NCBI GenBank assembly: GCA_002633005.1
Contig: NMRA01000114.1
Location: 898,827-962,826 of the forward strand
DNA: 64,000 bases
Source: Phoronis australis
Taxonomy: Eukaryota > Animalia > Phoronida
Direction of reading: 5' to 3'
Shown here: positions 1-14,300 of the stretch, piece after piece
Layout: the number at the start of each line of letters is the position of its first letter
Numbering within the stretch: position 1 is the stretch's first letter
Notes under the pieces: generated by a model
The model's database searches: none
The model's input: the letters and a program-made list of their open reading frames with translations, nothing else
What the model was told of the DNA's origin: nothing
Translations under genes and position numbers: made by a program

Positions 1-971
1 AGCGTATTTTCGACAACTAAATAACCCTGTGTGTTGTCGACAGCTCCTTCTCAATGATTGTCGAAGATAAAGGTGCGACAAAACAGACATTGATTGTTAA
101 TTTAGTTACTGATTTTCAGCCGGCTCCGCTGTGACGCCATATGTGCCCCCTGTCATAAACAATTTGTTCACGTCCATGAACCTGAATACAAAGTTCGTGA
201 GCAGTGAAAGGCAAGACCTGAGAAGGCCTGGGAGATTCAAATTTGTTAGCCCAATACTAGAACGATCGTGTGCATTCAAAAGCACGTGATGTTCCTCTGC
301 AATGTCCTTTTTCTTTATTCTCTTGCCAAATTTTTGAAATAATGTTTCCCCTATAGGACAATTGGCCTAATCTTCCTTCATAGGCGCGCTGTGCGATCCC
401 TTCAGTGTATGTATTATGTTGTTGTCCTTTCTTAGTGAGTAACTACTGAATTAAATACACTTCAATTAGTAATTTCACTTAGTGGATAAGACACTTATTC
501 AAAAATTAGTGTGTGCTATATGCTTTCAGTATCACCATTTTAGTTACATTGTCTTCACTCATTAGTTGGCAGTTCGGGGATGGCTATAAATACAACCCAG
601 CTGTACAGTGTTCCTTCAGTGTACTTCTCCGGATTATCGGAGGGTGTCTGAACACAAGTGAAATCGCATGTTAATTTTGCGGAGAGAAATTCAAAACTGT
701 GATTCTCTCCAAAGACCCAGTGCAGTCATCAGACAGCTATCTATTGGAACAGAAATACAACTACGTTGAACTCGTCACATAAATGTCGGAAGAATATTGA
801 TTGTGAGTAGATTTTTCGTAAGACCGTCCGTCTCTGATTTGTATGCTGGTAACGAATCTGAGATTATCTTCCAACACTAAAGTGGTTATTGTGTTGTTTA
901 CTAGCAACACTCGCATTGTTCGTAGATGTCTGCATGCATCAATCTTCATGTAAAGATCCTAACCAGGCGTG

Positions 972-1103
972 CGTTCAGTAGACGCTAGGACCTACCTACT
1001 AAAACCTAGTCAAAGTCACGTGTTCTCATTTAAAATACACAGCAATATCTCACGTAATCTCGCGAAGTCTTGCTTTTTAGCGAGGTCCTAGCGTTACTGA
1101 ACG
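972..1103. mobile_element. Short MITE with ~21-bp terminal inverted repeats
   Basis: CGTTCAGTAGACGCTAGGACCT at 972 pairs with AGGTCCTAGCGTTACTGAACG ending 1103. A related fragment lies in reverse orientation at ~29285-29330. Confidence 0.55.
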
Positions 1104-1257
1104 GGAGGCAGCTCAATATCGACACTCTCTCGTGGAGGTTCGTTGAAGATGCATAGCTGAGAAGCAGGGATGGTTTCCAATATTTTTATGTTTTGCCTTA
1201 AAAATGCCTCCGCCTCCATCATACTATTCCTCAATATGGGAGTCGGAAGGAGCCTGC

Positions 1258-1473
1258 CACTGGCAGATCTACGTTTTCAGTAAGAGGGGTTTATGATATA
1301 TTCGGACAAATCCGAGGTGCGTAGCGCCGAGCTGGAAGAGGGGGTTTCTCACCTCCCGTGTAAGATTTTGTTTGGTTTATGTAGCTGATTTCGTTTTTCT
1401 GGCGGCGTTTTTTCAATTTTTGGTTTTGATCCTGTCCCGGGGAGAGGTTTAAGCCCCTGAACCCCCCGTACTG
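1258..1473 (-). mobile_element. ~240-bp CAGTGGCGGATCT-type MITE (degenerate copy)
   Basis: Reverse-complement homologue of the complete copy at 52745-52985; shares TCTTACACGGGAGG, CGCTACGC.CCTCGGATT and CTTACTGAAA blocks. Confidence 0.65.
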
Positions 1474-1539
1474 TTCCGAATCTACTAAATATTTTTAACC
1501 AAATAAAGAATTGATGCACCAATATTTTTTTATTCCCAC

Positions 1540-2320
1540 TTTTCTAGAACATGCACTAACTATGAATCCCTTCATCTTAACCAATTCTTCATACGGGTAC
1601 TCAAGTTGACCTCACATTTGCTAACATTTCTGTGATCTGGAACCTCGATCCACAAGAGTTACACACATTCCAGTACAATATCAACTATTCTAACCCCACT
1701 ATGAAGTTTACTCATGGCAATTCTCAAAATGAAATCTCATTTTTGATGTCTCAATGAATTCGTGCAATGGTAAACTTGAAACGGATCTATTCTCTAAAGA
1801 AACCGACAAAACGCCAATATCCATGACGTCACCCCATTCACTGTATATGGAACCCTCCATTCAGTTTCCTTTTCCAAATACACAAGCAAAGTTCACCAAA
1901 TCACTAGAAGTTAATCTCTAAAACCCTAAGAAAAATGTGCAGTTATACCGATAATTACCCATGTTTAACCCCTGCTTACACGGAATTAGTCTCATCTTTT
2001 CCACTGAACATACATTTTTTCAAACGAATAAAACTTTTGCCCAGATGAACCTTAAATTTCTTGGCAAAAATCCAAAAGCCTACTGAAAAGTATTTAGTTA
2101 AAGGAAGTATTGACAATACACATGAATCAAACAAACCAACTGGCAACACAGACTGTGGCAAACTAAGATGTAAAATGTGTAGTTTTATCAGCAACATCAG
2201 TTTCTTTCACTCCTCTAAAACCAATGGAAATTTTGAAATTTAAAATTACTGTGACTGCAGCTACATGGCCACCAGTATTTATCTCATAATTTGCAATGCT
2301 GTATTTTTCAATACAGTACA
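1540..2320 (+). mobile_element. Penelope-like retroelement remnant (RT thumb + GIY-YIG region), frameshifted
   Basis: Translated pieces NPTMKFTHGNSQNEISF..., GKLETDLFSKETDK, CGKLRCKMCSFI...FHSSKTNGNFEI and IYLIICN match Penelope RT C-terminal and Cys-linker/GIY-YIG motifs. Confidence 0.75.
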
Positions 2321-3570
2321 AATCATCTTACCGCAAAAAATGACCCCCATTCCACCGTTATTCCGTCTAGCCTGGGTAGAATAACCCGTTGCCGTCATGA
2401 TGGCTAGGCGTCAATTTGAGCGGTGATATATGATTTGTATTGTACGTAGGCCAGACTGAGCAAAATTCAAATTCGTTTCTGCCACCTCAGATAAATATAC
2501 TACCTAAAACATGTCAGATACCACCGGTAATACCTTCAATTGCAAAAGCCACAATTCATGAGATCTATGAATGAAACTAATAGAAAAAATCGTAATACTA
2601 CCACAGACATAAAAGAGAGCTTTATTGGATTGACAAATTAAAGGCCTTAAAACGTCAATTTATCGCGCGAAAACAATCTTACAACGCTTTAGGGTTAAAC
2701 TGCTTCAGAAACGCATTCTACAGTTTGAGTAATAACATTTTAAGACAAACCGTTTCAAATTAATCGCTCGATGAATACAGCTTTTCTTTTCTCAGTTTTT
2801 CGTTCTTAAGTCGCCACAATCAAGCTCTCGATCGCCCAGAATCTAACCTTATTACTTGAGATTGAAATCGAAATGATTTTTGTCATTTTCTATTGCACTT
2901 TTGAGCGATCACAAGATAAGTGTCCATTATAGTAAATCCCAATATATAATGGCTCATGTGAATATCTACCTCGGGGTAGTTTTTACTTAATGGCCCGAAC
3001 GGCAAAGGCTAACTGAGTCTGAACTCGAAATTTCGGGTTTTTATTCGAAATCGTGAGATTTTACTCAAGTTCTAAGCTTGAATCAAGGTGCCATCAAACT
3101 GAACTAGAATCCCATTTGGATGGCGAACCACAATGTAGATGAGACACTCATCTTGAATTCGCAAAAAAGTAAAACGGAAAACTTGACCCCAGATATCGCT
3201 CGGTTACACGTTCACATTTCAAAAGCCGTTATTAGAGAGATTTCACATACCGTATGTTACAAGATATATCGAGTACCGAATACGAATTAGAAAACGATAT
3301 CTTGCGCACAGGTTTAGCTAACGGTGGACCAGCACGATGTTTCGTCACCAAGTTTTGTCTGCGACAAAATACATGTACGTAATAGCCACACAAAGAGTGA
3401 CGTCTCCCTCAGGCTTGCGCATACAGCCGTCTACGAAATCTCTGTTGTTTGTTTATCTAGATTACCATGAGACGTGTAATTGAAATAAATATGCACAAAA
3501 GCCGTCTCTCATTCAAAGATTGTAGAACAAGGAACAAATGGTTCACAAAGTAACAAGTTATACTGCATCC

Positions 3571-3828
3571 GGGGCCTGTTTCATGAAAAGTGACTTGGGC
3601 TTTTAAAAGTCTTAGTGAGAACCAGTTTGATGCCCGTTATTCAGCCGATTGGAGAAAACTGGTTCTCAAAGTTGGGCATTTTATATCCGACCATTACTGT
3701 TACCGAGATAATTTCTATAAATTGTTTCTAATATGTGATGCGCAAATATTAACTTAGCTAAACATTTCAGAAATTGTGAATTAAGACCAAATTTATCAAG
3801 CTCAAGCCACTTTCATGAAACTTTTCCC
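3571..3828. mobile_element. Harbinger-like MITE
   Basis: GGGGCCTGTTTCATGAAAAGTGACTTGGGCTT pairs imperfectly with AAGCTCAAGCCACTTTCATGAAACTTTTCCC. Confidence 0.55.
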
Positions 3829-3860
3829 TGAACTGTACAGCTAACTGCATTACAGATATG

Positions 3861-4601
3861 GATAGTTCCGACAATGAAGTTGATATTTCCAGCCAACCAC
3901 GCCACGGGAATGTCTAAATACAATCGTCTGTCATCGTTGCGCTACAAACATTGGTTGTGCATGCCAAGCGTTTTTATACACTATTGGCCCTTATACCATG
4001 AAGATCGATATAATATAAGAGAAAAATTTTGCATGCTGGTGATCAATGCATGTGGTAGACTGCACAATCAGATAAATATAGGCCTCATAATTCATAGACT
4101 ATTATCATAGTATGAATGACCAAATTGAAGGAAATCTAATTTCATGAAGTTTGCCAAACATTTTCTATATCATTTTTCGCTAATAGTACATAATGTTAGT
4201 TAACAATTAAACGTGGCAACATGAATGAAGGCCGCAGAGTTACGGAAGTAAACCACTACCACTGGACATAAAAACCCAAAACACAGTGAAATTGAGGACT
4301 AACAGTCATCATCATTTGTGCAACTAAACAACTTACCGGCGCACTTGATCTTGTCGCCGAATGTAAGAACTTAGAATATAATGGAAAACAACTATGGATA
4401 GTGGTGGGGCCACAATGTCTGGTGGAATCTAAAATTTATGTCTGGCAACAATTTCGGTGAACTGTGACAAGGATCAACACACATGCTAGATAATCTGATG
4501 CTGTTGTACGTTTGCAAAAAAATGCCCGCCATATTGGCTTCTGGGAATTCAAGGCAGCTATTAGGTAGGCGTGGCATAACCGCCTCGTTGTCGGAACTAT
4601 C
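3861..4601. mobile_element. Putative non-autonomous DNA element with 19-bp imperfect TIRs
   Basis: GATAGTTCCGACAATGAAG (3861-3879) is the inverted match of CCTCGTTGTCGGAACTATC (4583-4601). Confidence 0.4.
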
Positions 4602-4702
4602 TATTACTGTCATAGATAATGAAAAGTAAAATTATGTGGGACAGCAATTATTTCAGAAGACCTAGAATTTTGTTTTCTTGGTTAAATAAACAAACTTCTG
4701 TC

Positions 4703-4712
4703 TTTATTTATT
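4703..4712 (-). promoter_or_regulatory. Candidate polyadenylation signal (overlapping AATAAA x2) for the sushi gene
   Basis: TTTATTTATT on the + strand, ~520 nt downstream of the stop at 5229. Confidence 0.3.
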
Positions 4713-5228
4713 TACCAGCTCAACTGAATTTGTCATTTACATTGACTTCTACATCAACCAATGTTCAAGTGAGGTCCAAATACCCCCACCAGTATTAATT
4801 TCGGTCAGCGATTATCATTCAAACTGTGTCACAGAGTTAACTGAGCGTAAAGAGCAAGGTCATAACATGTAATAAACAAATCTGCCTGCCACAGTATAAA
4901 ACTGATGTTTAAAAAATCTAAACGTCTTCAAGGGCTAATGATTCTGAAAATATGTAGAACACAAAAAAATAATCAGTGCTCTACAAAAATCGTTTAACTG
5001 TATTTGGGTTTATGCACGTTTAAATTAAATTGATTTCAGCTGCCTGTCTGATAAAGAAAGCAGTCCACGGTCAATTATGTTTACCTGATTAGACGTGGTA
5101 TAATTAACTCAAAAGATATCAGTCGATCTAAGCGGATTTTCAATGTAAACAACAAATTCAGGTCATATTTCAAATAAAATCTTTTTGAAAGTAGACAGTT
5201 GCCATTGTTTAAGATTCAATCGCAATAA

Positions 5229-5320
5229 TTAAATGAGAAAAGCCGCGCAGAGAAATGTCATAGCAAGCCCCAATGAAAAGTTTCGAGCCTGTCCTCCACT
5301 GGCCATTGCCTGAGAGGTTT
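5229..5320 (-). CDS. Terminal exon of sushi gene: GPI-anchor-like signal (E)TSQAMASGGQARNFSLGLAMTFLCAAFLI*
   Basis: Strong acceptor ttttcttctgtttcag, phase 1, 2 nt + 30 codons ending TAA at 5229-5231. Small residues (ASGG), a polar spacer and a hydrophobic end with no cytoplasmic tail. Confidence 0.75.
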
Positions 5321-8300
5321 CTGAAACAGAAGAAAATGTGATACGGGGTTAATGAGGTAATTTCCTATAAAGTCTTTTAGATTACACTACTCGTCCTAGA
5401 CAAGACATAGGAAACTGATAACAAAAGCAACAGTGACATTGTCATCATACACTGTATATACACCACAGGATGTCGAAGGGAAACGTGCTTAAAATGTTCG
5501 CGACAAAAAGTGACCACGAGGGCTTAATAAGCTGGGGAGGTGACAAATATAGATCACCGTGTTTATCAAAAAGAGTTGCGCTTTTGCAGTGTGGCTGATT
5601 CCTTTTGTTGATATTTTATAACACCGGTCATTTTCGTCAATTGTTGTGATTTGACGTCGTAATGGACGCAAAATACTTTAAAAACGTTTGTAAATCTCAC
5701 GACATTTGAAATCTACACAAGAGAGTAGAACGCGCCGTCCACCAAATACTTTATTGCCATCTATTCATTTACAAGGCATACGACACGTACAGCTATGTTA
5801 GACATTTGGCTATCACAAAAATTTAGAAGAAAGTGAAACTGTGATAAGTAATGATGTCGGCTGATGTCCTTTGATATAGTCATGGCCATTGCAAACTAAC
5901 AAACCTGTACAGTTGTTGACAACCTTCGACCACAATTCCTGCTCGACACATGTAGCGGTAACAGTGGTGTTGTGATCGGGCAGCTCGTAACCAGCATTGC
6001 AAGTGAAGCGTACGGTTGTGTTCACGTTGACTGTGGTGTTCTCTGTGTTTCTGGTGCTGAACTCCGGTGTTGGAACTGTGCATGTCATAACTGAAAATGA
6101 TTGTAATACAAATGATACCATGGAGATTTGAAAGACATTTTTAAATACACATACATGTATATTCCGATCGACTGCCTTGATATAGCAATGGAGGCATTGA
6201 CGAGGGATTTATGGTTATATAGGACCTGACCGACATGTCTGTTTATTTAGCCATATATCGACTACTACACATAAATGATTGAAAGAATATAGTTTTTTAG
6301 AACGCCGAGAGCCTGCAAAATGTAAGTTTTGACTTTTCACCAACCTGTCGTTACTTGAGTCGCGTGACCAGGTGTTTTTGATAAAGTTTAGCGAAAGAAA
6401 AAGATGCATTGATAACAAAGATATCAATATCACGACCAAATTTCATTTGATATTAATGCTAAAAAATAAAATCTCAAAAAATCTGATACAGTTTTCTAAA
6501 TGATCATTTAGTCTTCATTTTATGGAACTCTTGATTTTTTCACGGAAATCTCATATGTCTTATACTTGAATGCCCCTCATGCAAAACATTTTGAAAAACA
6601 ATTGATAATAACAAATTAGAGAATAGTACATAAACGGAGTATCTGGAAGTTTCATAGGAAATTCCAATCAGTAATTTGCGAGACTTAATGTTTGAACATC
6701 GGCAAATTTGGATATTAACGGAGCCGCACATAACCTTAAGTTCGTTTAAGAAACAACGATACTGAATCTCAGTCATTGCGTTGGTGGCACAGCTTGACAA
6801 CTACAGGACAGGCAGGCAGACAAACAGACAGACAGGAAACTTAAGTATTTTTAGATGCTAATACTGAATACGAGCATACGTAGGACCTGTCATTATATCC
6901 GAAAAATAGGTCTAAAACAAATGTTCACACAGCGGATGAATGAACTACCCAACAAAAGACTTCCTTTACGCCGTGATTGCGAAGAACTGACTGACCTTCA
7001 CAGGCAGGCAGTTGATCACTCCACTTTTCGTGGCCGTCGCAAGATATGGTTCGTTCCCTAGATTTGTCTGGAAACTGGAGTGTCCGGCGACATAAGAAAG
7101 TTACTGAATTCCCGTAAGGCACCGTAGGCGATGATACATTAACAGCGGCATTTTGGACTGTAGGGACCGTGCACTTAGTGACTGAAAGGAGAACAAGCTA
7201 AATTTGTCACAGAGTGACTAAATTGTCCCCCGTCACGATTATAAGTACCGCTAGGTTGTACCCTGATGTGGTGATGAAATTTAAAGTAAATATGTATCAA
7301 ATTTTTGAAAAGTTTTATGACCAAACCATTCTCTTTACACCTCGGTAGATAATGTGAGGAAACTGAACAGCTTCCTTCTTGAAGTATCGCCCCAACGTTT
7401 TCCAAGTAAAATTTTGATTTGTCTTGCTGTGATCTTCAAAAGCATAACAAGGACACCAAATTCGACTGGAATCTAGAGATGTTCCTCCTACATTTTGGAG
7501 CAAAATAAGAACAAAATCTGCTGCTTCTTTCTGGACACACTGTACCAAAAAATCTATATAACAACTATATTCTTTCACAGTGACCTTGAAACTAATGTCA
7601 AGATCCACCAAAATCAACTGACATCCGTAAATGTTTCACCTACACCTTGGTACATAATACAAATAAAATCTTCAGCTTCATTCTTGAGATATTGTGCAAG
7701 CAGCAATCTTTGTTAAAATTAGATTTTCTTGCTGTGACCTTGAAAATGAGACCAACACAACACTAAAATCAGCTACGATTTTTTAGACTGGAATGGTAAC
7801 GCCTACACCTTTGAACGTTTCCAGACAATTCAGATTAATGTAAGCTTTCTCAAATATTATTCAATTGTTAGTGCAATAAAAACTATTTGAACCCGTTTCC
7901 AAAAACTTAATTCTAAAAAGGTATATGGACCGCTTGTACCTTTTTCTCTGAAAATACTATTTTGACGAAAAAGGGATGTCGGTATTGTTACCATATTTTG
8001 TGTAAAAATGACATAATATCATCGGCACAAAAGAAATTCAAAGTATTGGGATTTTCGCTATCAGAGAAGATGTGGAATTTCTATTACAAACTTTCACATG
8101 AATGTACGAATGACACAAGTTTACTTTTCTTTCAGTTCCGCTTACTGTATAGAATTCCACTTACTAATTATTTTTTAAATGAGATTAGATATGTGGACTC
8201 AATTGCTTGTACTTTTTGTAAACACTTTCCCCGAAACTCTAGAACATTTACTCTTTGAATGTGAATATGTTAACTCTTTCTGGCATGCGGTACGTCTCTG

Positions 8301-11300
8301 GTTAATGACTGCGATGCTAGTAAATTTTGAAATAGACAAAACCACTATATTATTTGATCTTCATAATGAACAGAATAGAATTTTGACTTGGTTCCTTTTA
8401 CAAACTAAAATTATATTTTTAAAATGACATTTGCTAACGTCAAACCTAATTTAAGATGTCTTAAAAAATTTGAGGGTGTGTTTTAATGTAGAAGTTAGTG
8501 CTTCGTTAAACACACGGAAATTTAATGATGCATCAGAATGGGAAGATTGGAAATATGTTTTTGAAACATGAAGAGAGCCAGAGAGTTCACCAGGTTCCAG
8601 AACAGAAATTTAAGCAGGACTTTTTAACTTGGAAGTAACAATGAAATACTTTTTCGTTATTTTTTGCACAGTTCTGTACATTGTTGTGTTGTGTTGTGTA
8701 GTGTATATTTGTATATGTACCTGTCTTTTGTAACAAATGTATTAAGAATTAATTAAGAAAATATCTAATGGCGCTTGGAGGTATCTCACCTACACATCAG
8801 AACAAAGTACAACCAAATTCAGAGGTTTCTGTTTGGTGATATATTGCATGTCTCGTTCGAGATCTAGCGTTATATGGTTTTACAAACAAATTCTCTCTGT
8901 CAAAGGGGTGTTTACGGCATTGGAGGTTTTTCGAATGAATCGTTTCATTATCTTTCCGCTCAGCAGAGGCAATACAGCGGCACATAGCTTGAGAAGTAAA
9001 AAAAAAACTCGGAAAAATCCCACTAGATAAACCGCCACATATAAGTACAGAACGCTATCCACCAACTGCTCTATCGCCATACTGTGACAAAGAATATTTC
9101 ATCATGTCGTCGCTTAATCCGAGAAAGTTAAAAGTAACCGTAATTTTGGTAAGTGTTTACGCCAAATACCAGCACTGATTTTGCTCTTAGTCGGCCTTGA
9201 ATGCACAAGAGAACTAACCTGTGCAGTCGTTGACAGATTTCGACCATATTTCCTGCACAACACACGTAGTGTTAACAGTGGTGTCGTGATTGGGAAGCTC
9301 GTAACCAGTATCACATGTGAAACGTACAGTTGTGTTCACGTTGACAGTGGTGTTCTCTGTGTTTCTGGTGCTGAACTTCGGTGTTGGAACTGTGCATGTC
9401 ATCACTGAAAAATGAGTGCGAGTTAAGCGATACAATCAGAAACGCCACCTCAGATAGGTTGCGATCGACTGCAGGATAAACGTATTCACTTAAATATGGT
9501 AGCCATCATGCTCTTGAGAAATAGTAATGTTGAATCTAAATAATGGTGTTTGGGGCGAAGTTTGACGCCAACCGGACCGGCACACAGGCAACAAAAGGTG
9601 GTATATTGAATGCACCTACACTGTACCAATTAGGCGCATACGTAAGCCTATGAAACGATACGCCTGTTGACAAATGATAAGGCATTTTGCATTAGCGCGC
9701 GTGCACTTGATCTCAGCTGTATATACAGCTGTCAATCCTTGAATATATCATGGCTTAAAATTGATGACTTTCGTGTGGTTTGGACCATCATGTTAACTGT
9801 TCAATTCATCGAAACCGAAAATATGACTACGTCTGCGACTATAAAAGTAATAAACCGATTTTCATTTCACAATAAATTGAAAAGTTACTCCTCGATTTCT
9901 CAAACGAAGATTTCAATTTTTTAAATACGACAAAAAGGCTCGAAATCTTTGCTGACGACTTTGCGAAGGTTCTCAATCACACTGTCTAAATTCTATTCTT
10001 ATCGACCAGTGACGATCAGATCAACCTCTTTTTCTTATGGCCAGTCGGCTACAGGATACCACATTGATAAAATTGTTAAAATTCAAACGGCTAGTCCCTG
10101 GTTCATTACTTGTAGAATTGTTTCACTTATTATATCCACCGGTATTTCAAAAATGGGAAGTATTCATGGAGCATTTCATGGCAGCTACATGCCTTCATTA
10201 AAAAATTACTCCAACTTTTGCGAGATGTGAGGGGATGCAGAATATAATTTTGTTTTCAAGAACTGAACAGCAAAGTCGAGCTTTGAATCTCTTAGCAATC
10301 AAATTTGAAATACAGCTCCATCCAAGCAACCAACAAAAAAGGGCGTGGCTTTACGTTCTGATTGACACAGCAACCTCACACATACGAAAAAATTAACTTA
10401 AAGAACTAACCCTCACAACCACGTAGTTGTTCACTCCACTTTTCATGGCCGTCACAAGATATCGTTCGTTGCCTAGATTTGTCCGGAAACTGGAACTTCT
10501 GTTTACATGCAAAAGTCACTACAGTCCCGTGAGGCACCGGAGACGATGATACATTAATATCAGCATTGTGTACTGTAGGGACGGTGCACTTGGTGACTGA
10601 AACGAGAATAAGTAATGACAAATAGAGGCCAATCTCTAAAATGGTGTACACGGTTCAATTTGATCTCTACGAACATCGCTTTTGCAGACTTTGAAATTAT
10701 TCTGTTTGTTACAACATTTTTATTTTATTTGCAATATGGCAACGAAACGATTGGAGGGAAAGCGTAAGCAAGGAGTAAATTGACCCACAGACCTTGAAAT
10801 ATACAGGCTAACTTGGACAGCCTATTGGTCAAATAAGATTTACTTTACATTACATGGTAGATAGGGGAGGTGGACTTCTCTTTTGCACTATAAGGTAGAT
10901 GGGGCCCAGTGGCGGATCTACGAGGGGGGGTTCAGGGGGTTTAAGCCCCCGTCGGGCCAGGACCCAAAATTAAAAAAAAAACGTCTCCAGCAAAACAAAA
11001 ACGGCACCGCCAGCGTGTGTAAACCCCAAGTAAATCAACTTGGAAAAAATGAGGGGAGTTCAGTCTGAAAATATGTTTTTTTTGCATTGTGAATTGCTGT
11101 TATGAAAATCGACGCATTTCGAGTCTTCATGGCTCATCGGCAAAACCCCGGAGATGAAATGTGCGCGCGCTTCCGTCGACACTTCTGAAGTAGACTAGCC
11201 AAGCATTTTAGATGGATCCACCGCTGAAAGAGCAGCTCTATAATTGATTTCTTTAGTTAACTAGTTTCTTTACTCTAAGATATGTTTTGATTTGATTAGG

Positions 11301-14300
11301 GAAAATACTGTGGTGCCGCAACCCTGATATTCAGGCGAATTGTCGTTCAACGTTTTTACCTCATCTGCCATGCCGTGTCATCCTATTACACCCCACACGT
11401 TTGTAACTGGTGTATAGTAAAGTTGTCTTGTGCAGTATCATGCGGTGTACATGTACATGTAATACTTTTGAAAAAAAACTCGTTTTCCGAAAAATTGCTA
11501 TTGTGGCGGGCGCCGTGGTCTGGTCGCGACTCTGTTTGAAGATGCACTCTAACAAGTTATGTCTATACAAGGCCAAAGGGGCACTCACATTGACAAAGTG
11601 ACCGCATTCGCGAACAGTGTACAGTACCAGAAATTTGCTGGGAGGCTGTATTTTCACAACAAAGTCTTGCGGGACTCGTGCGATGTTCAATAGGCCTCCT
11701 GCCATTTTCTATACTGGGAATTTCCGCAGAAAGGCTCACCCGACGAAACGCCCATGCCCATGGGCATTTATTTGATGTTAGTACTTCGGGTTTCTAGCGT
11801 TCAGACATTGGGACGTTTATTTCGAAAATTGCAAGAGATGCAAATGGGTCCTGGGATACATCGTCAAGGTTTGAAGTAGTCCGTGAGGAACGGATCAAAT
11901 TTAGTTGCGCATGCTGTAAGTCTTTTGAATGGACTTGGTAACCTCAGGGGGCTTAGTGCCAACTGGGCTGCGAAACGAGATGCTGACATTGAAGAGGCGT
12001 ATAAGCTCATTGACAGAGCAGTTGACGAAGTGCAAGTGTTGGGAACAAACATCAAATATGTCTGGGTAGAATGGTTCCAAGACGAGCAAACCATTGGATC
12101 CGATATACAGATTCCTCGGCAGCCTAGACAACAGAAAGATAGGACCAACATTCCTGGAGAAACACCCAGGAAATAAGTTATATAATTATACACAGTTTGT
12201 AATAATGTCGGTTTTTTATGCTTGTGTACAATGAAAACGAAATAAAAATTATTTTTGGACATGCCAAATTTACCCAGTACAGCAGAGGGTCTACGAGCGC
12301 ACAGAAACTGATTCTGGTTTGTATTTCCACTTGAGTTTATCTGCTTCATATCCAAAATCTATTTCACATAGTGCGTATTTAAATCTGTACTCAATACTTG
12401 TTTCTTCCAGGGAGTACCGGGTACTACAGAACGGTGCGAAAACCCTTCCTAGACAACCTCTCGCAGATGTGTAAACTAAACGTATGAGCAACCACTGGGG
12501 ATTAAAAAGTGTCTGAATAGAAGTTTTCAATTCAAAGTTTTTTGCAAAGTACTCTTTAGGTGCACACGATGTTTTGGATGATTTGTTTCACTATACATTT
12601 GACGTTTTTCAATTGTTGTCAACGTGATTCAGCTTAATAAAGTGATACTTAATTGTTTATTGTCACTTTTAATAGAGCACCGTCGTTCGCCAGTTTTTCT
12701 CGTAACGAGACAGAACACATGTTTATTTCCTGACTAACAGTACAGGTTTTCGTTCTTAAACAGCTTGAGGTTGATGCGATCATCTGATATTCAAGATTTT
12801 ACGCCCCGTCGGTGCTCCTTATGCTCTTGAATATTTGGTAGTTGTCTAAACCCCTGTATACACACCACACTTTTTAGTATGCTAAAAAGGTGTGTGTAAG
12901 CCGATGTTCCAACAAAAATTTTTATTGGTGGCGTGACTCATACCCAAATGTGCACAAATATGGTTTCACGAAACTTGTGAGCCAAGTTCATGTGACGAAA
13001 TCGAGAAGGGTTTTTAATTATCTTAGGAAAAACTCCAGGGACATGTTAAGTGTCAGAAACGTACCAGGATGCATGGAAATTTCACTGTTTGGCTACAAAA
13101 ACAAAAAGTTGTCTTACACGGGAGGGGGTTTACCCGACCTCGCCCCCGCTCGGCGCCACGCGCCTCGGATTCGACCTTTGCGGGAATCCTAAACCCCCCT
13201 CTTACTGAAAACGTGGGGAGTGGCAGTTCTCCTTTGCCACAGTGCGACTTCAGTTTGTCAAAATGACGAAATGCAAATCAAACATCGTAATCTTCAGTTG
13301 GTAGTCATACATTTTCGTGCACATTACTATGCTCGGCCCCAGGCCTCCCTATGTCCCTATCAGTAAAATTAGATTGGATCCGCTGCTCTGTATTTTCCCT
13401 GGGTAAAAATATGAAAGGGATAATTGCACCTCACACTGAATGAGTCAAGTGACCCGAGCTCAGCAATTGCAGTGAGCCAAGAGAAATCTCTGTGCACTGA
13501 TGACGTAGGAATCAATGATGAAATTATTAAGGCAGCCATGAGAAAATTGCACCCCGTTTTGAATTTGGTATAGAACTGCAAAATAATTAGAATACGTAGT
13601 AATTAAAGATACGGCACCTTTGCCCTGTGGGAAACACAAAATCGGGTGACTCAATTTCCAATTGTGGAGTCGAGGGTGCTCAGGAACTTACAAGGACGTC
13701 AGAATCACGATAAGTGAAAAAATTGAACATTTTATTGACAACCTTTGGATTATCGAACCCTTCACAAATGACGATTTGAAAGCATATGGTTTGCTACAAT
13801 TTTATAAAGGAAAAGCGCATTTAAATTTCAGTCCCTTACAAGTACACAGAACTCCTCCAACACTTCATAGTACTCTTAAGACAAGGCATGTTTCTTTACT
13901 ACACAGCACAGCGGCGGATTTAAGATTAGGGTAAAGGGGCCATGGCCCCCGCTAAAACTCTTACGGCCGATTTCATAAAGGTGGTTTAACAAAACCAGGT
14001 TTAAGACTTAAACCTGGTCTTCCTAAACCTGGTCTAATTTAGACCCGACTTGCATTTTCACCAAAATGGTTTAAGAGTCTGAAAGCCTGGTTTTGCTAGA
14101 CCAGGGAGCTGGTTCAATAAAACCAGGTTTAAAGTATCAAAGGCACCCCACTGTGTCGAGCTGGGTAAACCCAACAAAGAAACTATTGAAGTGCTTCAAT
14201 GAAACCTTGATCACGTGGGTATACAATGGCATGCACTAGGAGAATCAGTGCAGACATTTACTAAAAACATCTAAAAGTTTTTCTCATGAGGAAAACTGTA

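Noticed and set aside
4337-4613. ORF 4392-4613 and a nearby GTAAGT donor as a further exon of the sushi gene
   Set aside because: It lies beyond the stop-containing terminal exon, inside a TIR-bounded segment, has a stop before the donor and shows no domain similarity.
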